Shown: positions 8,717 through 17,821, counted from the first letter of the stretch. The stretch: DNA of 64,000 nt from an uncultured Anaerolineales bacterium (GCA_964496595.1 CAZCAI010000002.1:3782-67781), one strand, 5' to 3'. Translations and numbers: made by a program. Notes: generated by a model not told the origin, from the sequence alone.

Positions 8717-10633
8717 TCAAGGTCCGATTTCAACCTGGGTTAAAGGAAACGCATCTCCGATAACCTGCCCCTCTTGGGTGATGGGGAGCCGCGTCCCGCC
8801 GAAATCATACATGCCCGCATAGAGTGTATAATGACCAGGGGCTAACGAAGCGGGCAACCACACGCCATAGCGATCCACGATGCGCTCGTTGACCGGCCAG
8901 CGATCCGTGGGCCAAAAGCCGCCCCTCGGTTCCGCATCCACCTGCGCAGCTAACGCGCTATTCGCATCCAACAGATGCACAAAGATCTTGTACCGCGTCG
9001 CAGGCGGCGCTTCCGCGCGCCAAAAGAGCGTCAAGGGGATCACATCGCCCGCCGCGTAGATCTGTTTTGGCAACGCATACCCTTCTAGTCGAATCGCGTC
9101 GCCCAACCGGGCGGACAACGACGTCGCCGGGCTGATCGGCAACGGCCCTGTCCCATAGCGCGCCAATCGCACCTGCCCGATCCAGCGATCGTCCGCCTTG
9201 TAGGCCAACTGCGCCAACAACGGCTCGATGCGCCGCTCCGGGTCCGATTCCGTATCCCCCCAGAAGAGGACGAAGAGCCGGGGGTGCTGCTCCACAATCT
9301 CCTCGATCCACGCCCGCGCTTCCAACTGCGTAGGACGATAGGGCGCTGGATAGACCGCCATCGGGCCGCGATAGTAGTAGGTGAAGACCTCCCACTGATT
9401 CGGCGCGCTCAAGAGCACCGCGTCTTCGGGCCGCCCTTGTTCCGCGATGTGGGCCGCGATCCCGCGATAGTCGTCTCGCGCGTAGGCCGGATCGGTGTAG
9501 AGATGGTGCAGCGCCACAATTTGCGTCGGCAGCAGCGCCAAAAGCAGCCCCAGCCCCATCCAGCGCCGGCGAGCATCCTTTAATGGCAAGGCCAACGTCA
9601 CGCCCAGCGGCCCCACCGACATCATCAAAAATTTAAGGTAAGCGGGTCGATAAAGGCCAAACCCCGCGATCAGTAGCGCGGGCAGCAGCGCCATACTCAC
9701 AGCCGCGAGGGCTTCGTTTAGCGGACGGGGATCTAACGATCCCCTTGGAGCGATTAGCGATTCCTTGAGAGCGGATAGCGATTCCGCGACCCCGGCCAAC
9801 GCCAAGAGCAGGAGCACGCCCAGCGGCGCGCCCCACATCCACCAGGGCAGCGTGTCGCGAGGCAACGTCACGCCCGCGACCAACGTGCGCGCCAGGGCGG
9901 GAGCCGCGGCCTCCGCCGCCAGATCCGGCGGGCGCCAGCCGCTCGCCCGCAGCGCGATCGGCGCCCAGGGCGCGAAGAGCACGCCCGCCAGCGCGTGCGC
10001 CACAATCCACACCCCCAAGGTTCGCCAGCGTCGACGGCCCCTGACAAAATCGAGCAGCCACAGCAGGCCAAAAGCCGCGTTCAGGCTCGCCAGCGCCAGG
10101 ATATAGGCATATTGCGTGTACAATCCCAGCGCGATGCACAACGTCAACCGAACAATCCACCGGGCGGGCGATTTCGAGATCGGACGGGACGCGGCCCCGA
10201 GCGTCAGCACGGAGACCAGGCCCAACAGCGCGTACATCCGCGCCTCCTGGCCGTAGTAGACCGCCAGCGGATGCGCCGCCACGAAGAGCGCCGCGCCTAT
10301 TGCAGCCCAGCGCCCACCGGCGCGTCGCGCCGCCGAGGCCGTCACAGCGACGGTGAGCACCCCGCACAGCGCCGAAAATCCCCGCAACGCGAATTCCGAT
10401 TCGCCCGCGAGCGCGCGCCAGCCGTGCAAGAGCACATAATAGCCGGGCGGATGGATATCGCCAGCCGCGCCCGCGATGATCAGAGAAAACGGGCGCTCGA
10501 CCAATCGCGCCGTGTTGCCCTCATCATTCCAAAAGGATTGCGCCGTCAAGCCGTAGAAGCGCAGGGCCATCGCCAGCACCAACAGCGCCAACAGGAGCCA
10601 GCGCTCAAGAGCAAATCGCCGCGCCGTGATCAA
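8717..10633 (-). CDS. GT39/PMT-like multi-TM glycosyltransferase with Chloroflexota-type C-terminal soluble domain
   Basis: QSFWNDEG, DIHPPGYY, YYGQEARMYALL motifs; many TM helices; TTG start overlapping tsaC stop (TTGA). Confidence 0.8.
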   Translation of the reverse strand: MITARRFALERWLLLALLVLAMALRFYGLTAQSFWNDEGNTARLVERPFSLIIAGAAGDIHPPGYYVLLHGWRALAGESEFALRGFSALCGVLTVAVTASAARRAGGRWAAIGAALFVAAHPLAVYYGQEARMYALLGLVSVLTLGAASRPISKSPARWIVRLTLCIALGLYTQYAYILALASLNAAFGLLWLLDFVRGRRRWRTLGVWIVAHALAGVLFAPWAPIALRASGWRPPDLAAEAAAPALARTLVAGVTLPRDTLPWWMWGAPLGVLLLLALAGVAESLSALKESLIAPRGSLDPRPLNEALAAVSMALLPALLIAGFGLYRPAYLKFLMMSVGPLGVTLALPLKDARRRWMGLGLLLALLPTQIVALHHLYTDPAYARDDYRGIAAHIAEQGRPEDAVLLSAPNQWEVFTYYYRGPMAVYPAPYRPTQLEARAWIEEIVEQHPRLFVLFWGDTESDPERRIEPLLAQLAYKADDRWIGQVRLARYGTGPLPISPATSLSARLGDAIRLEGYALPKQIYAAGDVIPLTLFWRAEAPPATRYKIFVHLLDANSALAAQVDAEPRGGFWPTDRWPVNERIVDRYGVWLPASLAPGHYTLYAGMYDFGGTRLPITQEGQVIGDAFPLTQVEIGP

Positions 10634-11259
10634 TCTTTGACAAACGGAGCGAGACACGCGCGAATTTTGTCCTCGGAGATAACGCCGCGCCGGAGGATTT
10701 TCGGCGGCGACGCGACACAATCCACAATCGTCGAAGGAATGCCTAAGGGTGACTGGCCGCCATTCAAAATCAAGCCGACCTCCTCCGCGAAAAAATCCGC
10801 CGCCTCTTGGGCCGTGATCGCCGGGGGATACCCCGAACGAATCGCGCCGGTGACTATCAAATAGCCACCGGTCGCCTCCAACAACGGCATTAAATCGGGA
10901 TAGTGAGGGACGCGCAGCGCAATGGGGCTGGCCCGCAACATCGCGCTCTCATTGGGGCCGGGGGCCAGAATGATGGTCAAAGCGCCGGGCCAAAATCGTT
11001 GCGCCAGGCGCTGGGCCGCGGGCGTCGGGCGCGCCAACGTCTCCATATAGCTGCTGTCTGCCATCAAAAACGGGATCGCCGGCTCCGGCTTGCGCCCTCG
11101 CACCTCATAGATGAGATCAATACTCCCCGGGGATCGCGGCAGCGCCACGAGGCCGTAGATGGTATCGGTTGGCGCGATGATCAGCTCCCCGGCCTCAAGA
11201 GCAGTGACAGCTTGCGCAACAGCATCAGGATCACGAATCGATAGAATTGGCGCGTCCAA
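10630..11259 (-). CDS. tsaC: L-threonylcarbamoyladenylate synthase (Sua5/YrdC domain)
   Basis: PTDTIYGL, FWPGALTIIL, ALRVP and PSTIVD motifs. Confidence 0.85.
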   Translation of the reverse strand: MDAPILSIRDPDAVAQAVTALEAGELIIAPTDTIYGLVALPRSPGSIDLIYEVRGRKPEPAIPFLMADSSYMETLARPTPAAQRLAQRFWPGALTIILAPGPNESAMLRASPIALRVPHYPDLMPLLEATGGYLIVTGAIRSGYPPAITAQEAADFFAEEVGLILNGGQSPLGIPSTIVDCVASPPKILRRGVISEDKIRACLAPFVKD

Positions 11260-11272
11260 AGCATCCTCCGAA

Positions 11273-11304
11273 AATTAGTCGTGTAGTCAAATAGTCGGGT
11301 GGTC
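11273..11304. repeat. Degenerate 8-mer tandem repeat (nnnT[A/G]GTC x4)
   Basis: aattagtc gtgtagtc aaatagtc gggtggtc in the Cof-tsaC spacer; same unit at 13993-14054. Confidence 0.55.
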
Positions 11305-12103
11305 AGTCGTGCAAGATGAAGCGCTCTATCGCTATCGCGGCTCCATCCGCCGATAACGGCGGGGCGACCCAATCGGCGGCGGTTTGGACTTGGGGCGTCG
11401 CGTTACCCATCGCCACGCCGACGCCAGCCCATGCGACCATCGAGAGATCGTTCTCCTGATCGCCTACAGCCATCACCTCCGATTGGGGAATCTCCAGGTG
11501 CGATGCGAGCCACGCCAGCGCCATCCCTTTGGTCGCCCCCAGCGGGACCACCTCGATAAATTTCGCGTGCGATTGCACGATCTCAGCCTCGCCCTCGAAA
11601 TAACGCTTCAGGGTCTGGGCCATCTCGGGGATCGCCTCCGGGGCGGCGATGAAGAGCACTTTATCGGGCACATGCTCGGCCAGGATTTCCATCCAGGGCC
11701 TTCCTACCGTGATATCGGCGCCTAACAGCCGCTCGTAGAACGATGGGGCGTACAGTTTCTCTCGCAAATAGACGTGGCCGTCAGCGTAGAGCACCGTGTG
11801 CCAGCCCTCGTCACGGGCCAATGATAGGGTATTTTGGGTTATTCCTTTGGATAGGGGGATTCTGTGTTGCGGCTCATCATCCGCCACGCTTTGCACCCAT
11901 CCCCCTTGATAGCAGATGAGCGGGGCCGTGATCTCCAGATCCTCGGCGAAGGCGCGCGTCGCCGCGAACATCCGGCCCGTCGCTAAGGTGATCACAACAT
12001 CACGCCGTTGCGCCGCGGCAATCGCCTGCCGCACGCGCGGTGAGAAACGCTGATCCTCGCCCATCAACGTGCCGTCCAGATCGAAGGCGGCCAAGCGGAT
12101 CAT
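11303..12103 (-). CDS. Cof-type HAD-IIB hydrolase
   Basis: MIRLAAFDLDGTL, LATGR, KGMAL and AVGDQENDLSM motifs; ATGA overlap with upstream gene. Confidence 0.9.
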   Translation of the reverse strand: MIRLAAFDLDGTLMGEDQRFSPRVRQAIAAAQRRDVVITLATGRMFAATRAFAEDLEITAPLICYQGGWVQSVADDEPQHRIPLSKGITQNTLSLARDEGWHTVLYADGHVYLREKLYAPSFYERLLGADITVGRPWMEILAEHVPDKVLFIAAPEAIPEMAQTLKRYFEGEAEIVQSHAKFIEVVPLGATKGMALAWLASHLEIPQSEVMAVGDQENDLSMVAWAGVGVAMGNATPQVQTAADWVAPPLSADGAAIAIERFILHD

Positions 12104-13005
12104 GGTTGATTCAAAAGCACGGTCAAAAGTGCGGCCCATACGCCTCCTTCTAGCATCAATAGCCCGCTCCACAGAAAATACGCTGCCACCCGCACACGCT
12201 GATAGAGCAACAGCCCTAATCCCCCGTTGAGCAGCAGGAAAACTCCCCCCATCAAGCCGAAGTAGAAGATTCGCGCTTCGCCGGTAACTAAGAGCGTCTC
12301 GCCCTCCGGGCCAAAGCGCATCACAATCTCGGAAGGAAGCGCGGGATAAACTCCACAAATCACGGCCAACAACAGCACCAGCGATCCCAGGCCGATGGCC
12401 AGCGGCCCCCAGACCATGCGATCCTGCCAGAGCCACCAATCCAAAAAGCCGGGATGTGTGGAGGCCTCTTCCACCTCCTGCGTCGGCCCCATCTCCATGC
12501 GCTCGCGGAACGCGGTGAGGAATTCCTCCAAATCCGCCGGGGAGATGGCGTAGGACAGGCTGCCGGTGCGAATGATGACCAACTTCTCCAAGGGCGCGGT
12601 TGCGTAGAACAGGATCGGGCCGAGATCCTCGGCCTCGCCAGCGCCGACGAAGTAACCGGGCCAACGCAGGCCGGGCCGCATCGCAAGGCCGGCGACCTTC
12701 TCGCCGGAGAAGACCTCGCGCACCGAGGCCATCGGAATTTGATGCTGGCTCAATCCCCAGTGAATCGTGATGGCGTTGCGATCCATCTCATAGGCGGCCT
12801 GCACCACATTCCAGAGGTGCAGGCTCACCCAGGTCAAGAGCAACATTGCCAGCACGGCCCCCAAACTCATCAGGAAGGTCCAAATCGAGATGAGGATCTG
12901 GGTCACGCCGAAGAGCAATCCGCCGGCCGTGATCAGGAGCACGGCGGCGATCAGCAGGCCGATGCGCCAGCCGCGCTGGATGTTCGGTTCCCACAGGTTA
13001 CGCAT
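12100..13005 (-). CDS. Membrane protein with bacterial PH-like domain
   Basis: Two N-terminal and three C-terminal TM helices around a soluble segment (LRWPGYFVG, LVIIRT...YAISP); overlaps recR stop. Confidence 0.6.
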   Translation of the reverse strand: MRNLWEPNIQRGWRIGLLIAAVLLITAGGLLFGVTQILISIWTFLMSLGAVLAMLLLTWVSLHLWNVVQAAYEMDRNAITIHWGLSQHQIPMASVREVFSGEKVAGLAMRPGLRWPGYFVGAGEAEDLGPILFYATAPLEKLVIIRTGSLSYAISPADLEEFLTAFRERMEMGPTQEVEEASTHPGFLDWWLWQDRMVWGPLAIGLGSLVLLLAVICGVYPALPSEIVMRFGPEGETLLVTGEARIFYFGLMGGVFLLLNGGLGLLLYQRVRVAAYFLWSGLLMLEGGVWAALLTVLLNQP

Positions 13006-13621
13006 CGCCGAATTCCTGTCGGGATTCCAGCGCGCGCGTCAATGTGACGGCGTCCGCGTATTCGAGATCCCCGCCCATCGGCAGCCCGCGTCCCAACCGC
13101 GTGATGTGCAGATCGAGGGGTTTGAGCCGTTGTAGCAGATAGGCGGCGGTGTAATCGCCCTCGCTGGTGGGATTGGTCGCCAGGATAATTTCCTTGATGG
13201 CCTTATGCTCTGCGGCATGGATGCGCGAGATTAACTCGGCGATACGTAAGTCCTCGGCGAAGATGCCCTCCAACGGAGAGAGCGCGCCATGCAGGACGTG
13301 GTAGACGCCCTTGTACTGCTCCGTCCGCTCGATAGCTAAGACATCCATCGGCTCCTCGACGACGCAGACCACGCTATGATCGCGCGTCTCGTCAGCACAG
13401 ATAGGGCAGGGATTGTCCTCCGTCACATTGTGGCAGATAGAGCAGAAGCGCGTGCGCTCGACGAGGCCGGTAAGGGCCTCCGCCAGGCGCAGCGCCAACT
13501 CCGACTTGCCTCGCAACAGGTAAAACGCCAGGCGCGAGGCGGTCTTCGGCCCGATCCCCGGAAGCTGTGAGAGCGTCTCGATCAGCTCGGTGACGGAAGG
13601 GGGAACTGCGGTGCTCGCCAT
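12998..13621 (-). CDS. recR: Recombination mediator RecR
   Basis: LPGIGPKTASRLA HhH, CSIC...CPIC zinc finger, YHVLHG, EGDYTA, EYAD TOPRIM motifs. Confidence 0.97.
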   Translation of the reverse strand: MASTAVPPSVTELIETLSQLPGIGPKTASRLAFYLLRGKSELALRLAEALTGLVERTRFCSICHNVTEDNPCPICADETRDHSVVCVVEEPMDVLAIERTEQYKGVYHVLHGALSPLEGIFAEDLRIAELISRIHAAEHKAIKEIILATNPTSEGDYTAAYLLQRLKPLDLHITRLGRGLPMGGDLEYADAVTLTRALESRQEFGDA

Positions 13622-13625
13622 AGGC

Positions 13626-13973
13626 TCAGAGGCCGGGGATTCCTAACCCGCCGGTGAAAGCGGACATCCGCTCCGCCATCAACTCCTGAGCTTTCTGGAT
13701 CGCTTCATTGACTGCCGCGAGCACCAAGTCCTGCAACATATCCACATCTTCAGGGTCAACGACCTCCGGCTTGATGGCGATGTCCTGAATTTCCAGCCCG
13801 CCGGTGATAGTCACCTCGACCATCCCGCCGCCGGAAGAGACGGTCAAAACCTCCTGCTCGACCTCGGCCTGAGTCTTCTGCATCTCCTCCTGCATCTTCT
13901 GAACCTGACGCATCATCCGGTTAGGATCTAACCCACCCATACCACCACCACCACGACGTCCTCGACGTCCCAT
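13626..13973 (-). CDS. ybaB: YbaB/EbfC nucleoid-associated protein
   Basis: GGGMVEVT, DPEDVDMLQDLVLAAVNEA; canonical position between dnaX and recR. Confidence 0.95.
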   Translation of the reverse strand: MGRRGRRGGGGMGGLDPNRMMRQVQKMQEEMQKTQAEVEQEVLTVSSGGGMVEVTITGGLEIQDIAIKPEVVDPEDVDMLQDLVLAAVNEAIQKAQELMAERMSAFTGGLGIPGL

Positions 13974-13992
13974 AGTTAAATTACCTCCTTTA

Positions 13993-14054
13993 AAATAGTT
14001 AAATAGTCAGATGTCCTATAGTCAAACAATCTTTGGTCAGATAGTCAAATAGTC
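13993..14054. repeat. Degenerate 7/8-mer tandem array (A[A/G]ATAGTC, about 8 units)
   Basis: aaatagtt aaatagtc agatgtcc tatagtc aaacaatc tttggtc agatagtc aaatagtc fills the dnaX-ybaB spacer. Confidence 0.6.
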
Positions 14055-14059
14055 AACGG

Positions 14060-15838
14060 CTACTCATCGGCGGTAACCACCGCGCCTAGCTCCTCCTCGG
14101 CGCGGCGCACGAGTTCGTCCTCATCTTCTTCATCAGGTGAGCTTGCCGCCCTGGTATTGCGCTGCGCTTGTGGGGATGTCGAAGCAGGTTGGGCTTCGGC
14201 GGGTGAAGGGGAAGGCGAGGGTGCGTCTTTCTGCGGCGCGGGTTTGGGTGTGGGTTTAGAAGATGAAGTCGAGGCGGCCGGTTGCGTGGGCGGCTGCCAA
14301 CTGTCCGCCTCGCAGCGCACGATGATCTTCTGGGAGAACATATTGGAGAGGATGTCCTCCACCTGGCGGCGGTTCTCATCCTGCTGCACGCGATTGCGAT
14401 GGAATTCGTGACGGAAACCCATCACAAGTCGCCCCTCAAGATCGACGCCCAAGGGCCTGGCGCCGCGCAGGAGCGCGCCTAAGCTCACGTTCGCCGACTG
14501 CACGCGCCCGACAATTTCACGCCAATACTCGTGGATTTTCCCCATCGTTTCTGGCGCCAGGCCCGACACGGACGATGGTTCAGGGGCCGGTTCTTCAGCG
14601 TCCGAGGAAGCGGCTTCTCGCCCGGCATCCTGCTGTGAGGGGCGGTCAGGCTGGATTTTGCGCACGCGGCGCGCCTGGCGCTGCTGCGTTGAACCTTCCC
14701 GAACCGTAGCAGCGTCCTTCTCGGGCGCTTGCTGGACGATCACCTGCGTTTCGACGGGTTCCGGCTCCAGTGTCGCCTCCACAAAGGCCAACTCCAGCGG
14801 CAACTGGGCCAGCCAGCCGCTCCGGCGCGCCGACGCGACCTCACTAAAGCGCCGCGTCGCCTCGACCAGGCGGTTGGGCTTCGTCTGCTGGGCCATCTCC
14901 TGGAGGAGCGGGCGCTCCTCCGGTGTGGGATCGGTCCACGTATCGCCGGCGCCCAGGCGCATCAACAACAGGCCGCGCAGGAAGTCCGCCGTCTGTCCGG
15001 CCAATTGACGCGGGTCCGCGCCGCTATCGACCGCGTGATTCACGATCTGCAATCCCTTGTCCAGGTCGCCATCCAACCAGGCCTGCACCAACGACTGTAC
15101 TACATCGCGTCGCTCAGCGCCCAACATCGTCCGCACATACTCCACCGTCACGCTGCCCCCCGCCGCCATCTGATCGAAGAGGCTGATCGCATCGCGCATA
15201 CTACCGGTCGCTGCCCGCGCGATCAGGTCTAACGCCTCCGGGCCGACATCGACCTCTTCCTCCTCGGCGATCCGCTCCAACCGGGTCACGATCTCCCGCA
15301 AGGGAATACGCCGGAACTCAAAGCGCTGACATCGCGAGATCACCGTGGGGAGGATTTTGTGCGGCTCGGTCGTCGCCAGTACGAAGATCACGTGCTCCGG
15401 CGGCTCCTCCAACGTCTTCAACAGCGCGTTGAAGGATTGCGGCGATAGCATGTGTACCTCGTCGATCACGTAGACCTTGTAGCGCGCGCGGGCGGGATGA
15501 AACCCCACCTTCTCCAACAGATCGCGGATATTGTCCACGCCGGTATTGGACGCCGCGTCGATCTCGACAAGATCCATCAGTTGCTGATTGGCAATCGCCC
15601 GGCAAATCTCACATTGGTTGCATGGGCGATTTTCGATGTCTGGATCCACGCAATTGACCGCCTTGGCGATGAGTCGCGCTGTCGTCGTCTTACCCGTCCC
15701 TCGTGGCCCGGCCAGTAGATAAGCGTGATGGATGTGGTCCGTGTGCAAGGCATGGCGCAGGGTGCGCACGATATGCTCCTGCCCCACGACATCATCAAAG
15801 GTTTGTGGACGCCATTTGCGGTATAAAGCCTGTGCCAT
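14060..15838 (-). CDS. dnaX: DNA polymerase III subunit gamma/tau
   Basis: ALYRKWRPQTF, GPRGTGKTT, EIDAAS, IDEVHML and SRCQRF; Pro/Ser-rich C-terminal linkers. Confidence 0.97.
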   Translation of the reverse strand: MAQALYRKWRPQTFDDVVGQEHIVRTLRHALHTDHIHHAYLLAGPRGTGKTTTARLIAKAVNCVDPDIENRPCNQCEICRAIANQQLMDLVEIDAASNTGVDNIRDLLEKVGFHPARARYKVYVIDEVHMLSPQSFNALLKTLEEPPEHVIFVLATTEPHKILPTVISRCQRFEFRRIPLREIVTRLERIAEEEEVDVGPEALDLIARAATGSMRDAISLFDQMAAGGSVTVEYVRTMLGAERRDVVQSLVQAWLDGDLDKGLQIVNHAVDSGADPRQLAGQTADFLRGLLLMRLGAGDTWTDPTPEERPLLQEMAQQTKPNRLVEATRRFSEVASARRSGWLAQLPLELAFVEATLEPEPVETQVIVQQAPEKDAATVREGSTQQRQARRVRKIQPDRPSQQDAGREAASSDAEEPAPEPSSVSGLAPETMGKIHEYWREIVGRVQSANVSLGALLRGARPLGVDLEGRLVMGFRHEFHRNRVQQDENRRQVEDILSNMFSQKIIVRCEADSWQPPTQPAASTSSSKPTPKPAPQKDAPSPSPSPAEAQPASTSPQAQRNTRAASSPDEEDEDELVRRAEEELGAVVTADE

Positions 15839-15858
15839 AATGCCTCCTGATTATGGTT

Positions 15859-15886
15859 AGTCTATCACGGATAGCACGGATCGCAA
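15859..15886 (-). promoter_or_regulatory. Candidate sigma70 promoter of dnaX (TTGCGA-N16-TAGACT with extended TG)
   Basis: Minus strand reads TTGCGA...GTGA-TAGACT ending 20 nt before the dnaX ATG. Confidence 0.4.
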
Positions 15887-15966
15887 ATGGATGGGCGCCG
15901 CTTTGGGGAGAGGAGAAGGCAAGCGCGGAAGTTCAAGACTACAGATTCAAGGATGATCTGTGACGC

Positions 15967-15996
15967 AAAAAATCGAGAGCACGGGCATGCTCTCGA
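15967..15996 (-). terminator. Intrinsic terminator upstream of dnaX
   Basis: Minus strand TCGAGAGCA-TGCCCG-TGCTCTCGA-TTTTTT. Confidence 0.65.
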
Positions 15997-16051
15997 CAGT
16001 CATCGGAATCTGAAAAATCTTGTCGGGACAACAGGCAACCTTTTCAAGACA

Positions 16052-16141
16052 GCAAAAGGCCGGGGGTTGTCCCAGTACCCCCGGCCTCATCAGAAGGAGG
16101 AGAATCATTTTGCTTTGATGTGGGCCCCGATTCCCACTACG
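16052..16141 (-). ncRNA. Candidate small RNA, sibling copy 1 (anti-SD core, intrinsic terminator)
   Basis: Minus strand -10 TATAGT (16147-16152), 5' hairpin GTGGG/CCCAC, ATTCTCCTCCTTCTG core, 10-bp GC stem + TTTT; 74-nt core differs at one position from copy 2. Confidence 0.6.
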
Positions 16142-16172
16142 CTTTTACTATACTACATTCTTGTACCTGATA

Positions 16173-16200
16173 CTTGACGCGAATCTGACGCTTTTCTTAC
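16173..16200. promoter_or_regulatory. Conserved 28-bp box containing TGACGC-N5-TGACGC direct repeat (copy 1)
   Basis: CTTGACGCGAATCTGACGCTTTTCTTAC identical at 16411-16438; both lie exactly 20 bp from the -10 box across a non-conserved spacer. Confidence 0.6.
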
Positions 16201-16287
16201 GATACGGAGCGTAAGATAAAAATCATCAGGATCATAACGGGTACTATGCCGCAGAGATTTCGAGGGAAAGTAACACGTCCCCTCCCC

Positions 16288-16379
16288 AAAAAAAGAAGGC
16301 CGGGGCGTTCTATTAGCCCCGGCCTCATCAGAAGGAGGAGAATCATTTTGCTTTGGTGTGGGCCCCGATTCCCACTACG
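16288..16379 (-). ncRNA. Candidate small RNA, sibling copy 2
   Basis: -10 TATAGT (16385-16390), same core as copy 1, 9-bp GC stem with different loop followed by TTCTTTTTTT. Confidence 0.6.
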
Positions 16380-16410
16380 CTTTTACTATACCGCACCCTC
16401 TTATTTTCTG

Positions 16411-16438
16411 CTTGACGCGAATCTGACGCTTTTCTTAC
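16411..16438. promoter_or_regulatory. Conserved 28-bp box containing TGACGC-N5-TGACGC (copy 2)
   Basis: Identical to 16173-16200. Confidence 0.6.
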
Positions 16439-16581
16439 ACAATTTTTACGGGGAGATAGATCTGGAGCGTCTCCCTGGATGAAAAGCCAACCCGACCCTT
16501 TGACTTTTTACTTTGCTGTGGCAAAATCTGGTTGATGAATTCCACGCTATATCAGTATATGAGATAACCGGAGGCAACTAC

Positions 16582-17814
16582 ATGAGAGAGGATCTATCGC
16601 GCTTGATGGCCGAGCGCAATTTGGACGCTATCGTGATCAGCGGTAAGGTGCACGGCAACCCGCCGCTCACCTATCTGACGAAAGGCGCAGGTCTCACGCA
16701 AGCGTTGATCATCCAGAAACGCGGAGATGGCCCGCAGGCGATCATCAACCCGATGGAGCGCGAGGAAGCTGCCATTCTGGGGTATCCGTTGACGCTCAAC
16801 TCACGCTATAAGTTTCACGAATTGCTCCGAGAGCACGACGGCGATGCGCTGCGCGCGACCGTGGCCTACTACGCCCGCATCTTTGAGGATTTGGACGTCC
16901 AGGGCCGGGTGGGATTTTACGGGTTGGCGGATCAGGGCCAGGCTTACGCGCTGCTCACGGCGTTGGCTGCCAACCTGCCGAATATTCACATCGTCGCGGA
17001 GTTCCAAGATGATCTATTCAGCGCGGCGCGGACGACGAAGGACGCCGCCGAGGTCGCGCGCATCCGTGAGATGGGCCGGCGCACGGCGGAGGTCGTCCGG
17101 CAGACAGAGGCCTTCCTGCGCGAGCACGCGGTCGATGCCGACGAGCGACTCCGCCGCGCCGACGGCGAGATCCTCACCGTGGGCGATGTCCACGCCCACA
17201 TCCGCCGCCTGATCGCGCTCCAGGGGCTGGAAGATCCGGAGGGCTTTATCTTCGCCACCGGGCGCGACAGCGGCATCCCGCACAGCAAGGGCGCGCTGGA
17301 GAAGCCAATGCGCCTGGGCGAGAGCATCGTCTTCGATATCTTCCCTTGCGAGGCGGGCGGCGGCTATTTCTTCGATATGACGCGCACCTTCTGCCTGGGG
17401 TACGCGCCGGACAAGCTCCAACGCATCTACGATGATGTGTTCGCATGCACGCGCCACATCATCGCTAACCTGGAGGTCGGCGCCGCCACGCGCCGCTATC
17501 AGCAGATGACGTGCGCCTTCTTCCGCGAGCGCGGCTACGCCACCGTCGAGGAGGATGCCTCGGCGCTCTCCGGCTACATTCACAGCCTGGGCCACGGCGT
17601 CGGGCTGGAGCTGCACGAGGCGCCGATGTTCCGCGATACACCGGATAACACCGCCCAGATCGCGCCGGGGCACGTCTTCACGGTGGAGCCGGGCCTCTAT
17701 TATCCCGATGAGGGGATGGGCTGTCGCATCGAGGACGTCATCTACGTCGATCCCGAGGGCAATTTCCAGAACCTCACCGCGTATCCCTATCAATTGGTCA
17801 TCCCGATGGCGTAA
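16582..17814 (+). CDS. M24 family (Xaa-Pro) aminopeptidase
   Basis: IPHS, FDIFP, DMTRT, HSLGHGVGLELHE, TVEPGLY and RIED pita-bread motifs; GGAGG RBS before ATG 16582. Confidence 0.9.
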   Translation: MREDLSRLMAERNLDAIVISGKVHGNPPLTYLTKGAGLTQALIIQKRGDGPQAIINPMEREEAAILGYPLTLNSRYKFHELLREHDGDALRATVAYYARIFEDLDVQGRVGFYGLADQGQAYALLTALAANLPNIHIVAEFQDDLFSAARTTKDAAEVARIREMGRRTAEVVRQTEAFLREHAVDADERLRRADGEILTVGDVHAHIRRLIALQGLEDPEGFIFATGRDSGIPHSKGALEKPMRLGESIVFDIFPCEAGGGYFFDMTRTFCLGYAPDKLQRIYDDVFACTRHIIANLEVGAATRRYQQMTCAFFRERGYATVEEDASALSGYIHSLGHGVGLELHEAPMFRDTPDNTAQIAPGHVFTVEPGLYYPDEGMGCRIEDVIYVDPEGNFQNLTAYPYQLVIPMA

Positions 17815-17821
17815 ATCAATC

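Noticed and set aside
14060-15838. Programmed frameshift producing a gamma subunit
   Set aside because: I found no A-AAA-AAG or long A-run in the dnaX coding strand
15839-16050. SRP RNA (ffs/scr), which precedes dnaX in many Firmicutes
   Set aside because: No GTCAGG...GGAAG...AGCAG core on either strand
16118-16177. 19-aa + strand peptides MWAPIPTTLLLYYILVPDT and (16356-16415, GTG) MWAPIPTTLLLYRTLLFSA as type I toxins
   Set aside because: Start is 15 nt or more from the AGGAGG/GGAG, the C-terminal halves are not conserved and they are only modestly hydrophobic; the promoter-spacer explanation fits better. Not excluded without ribosome profiling
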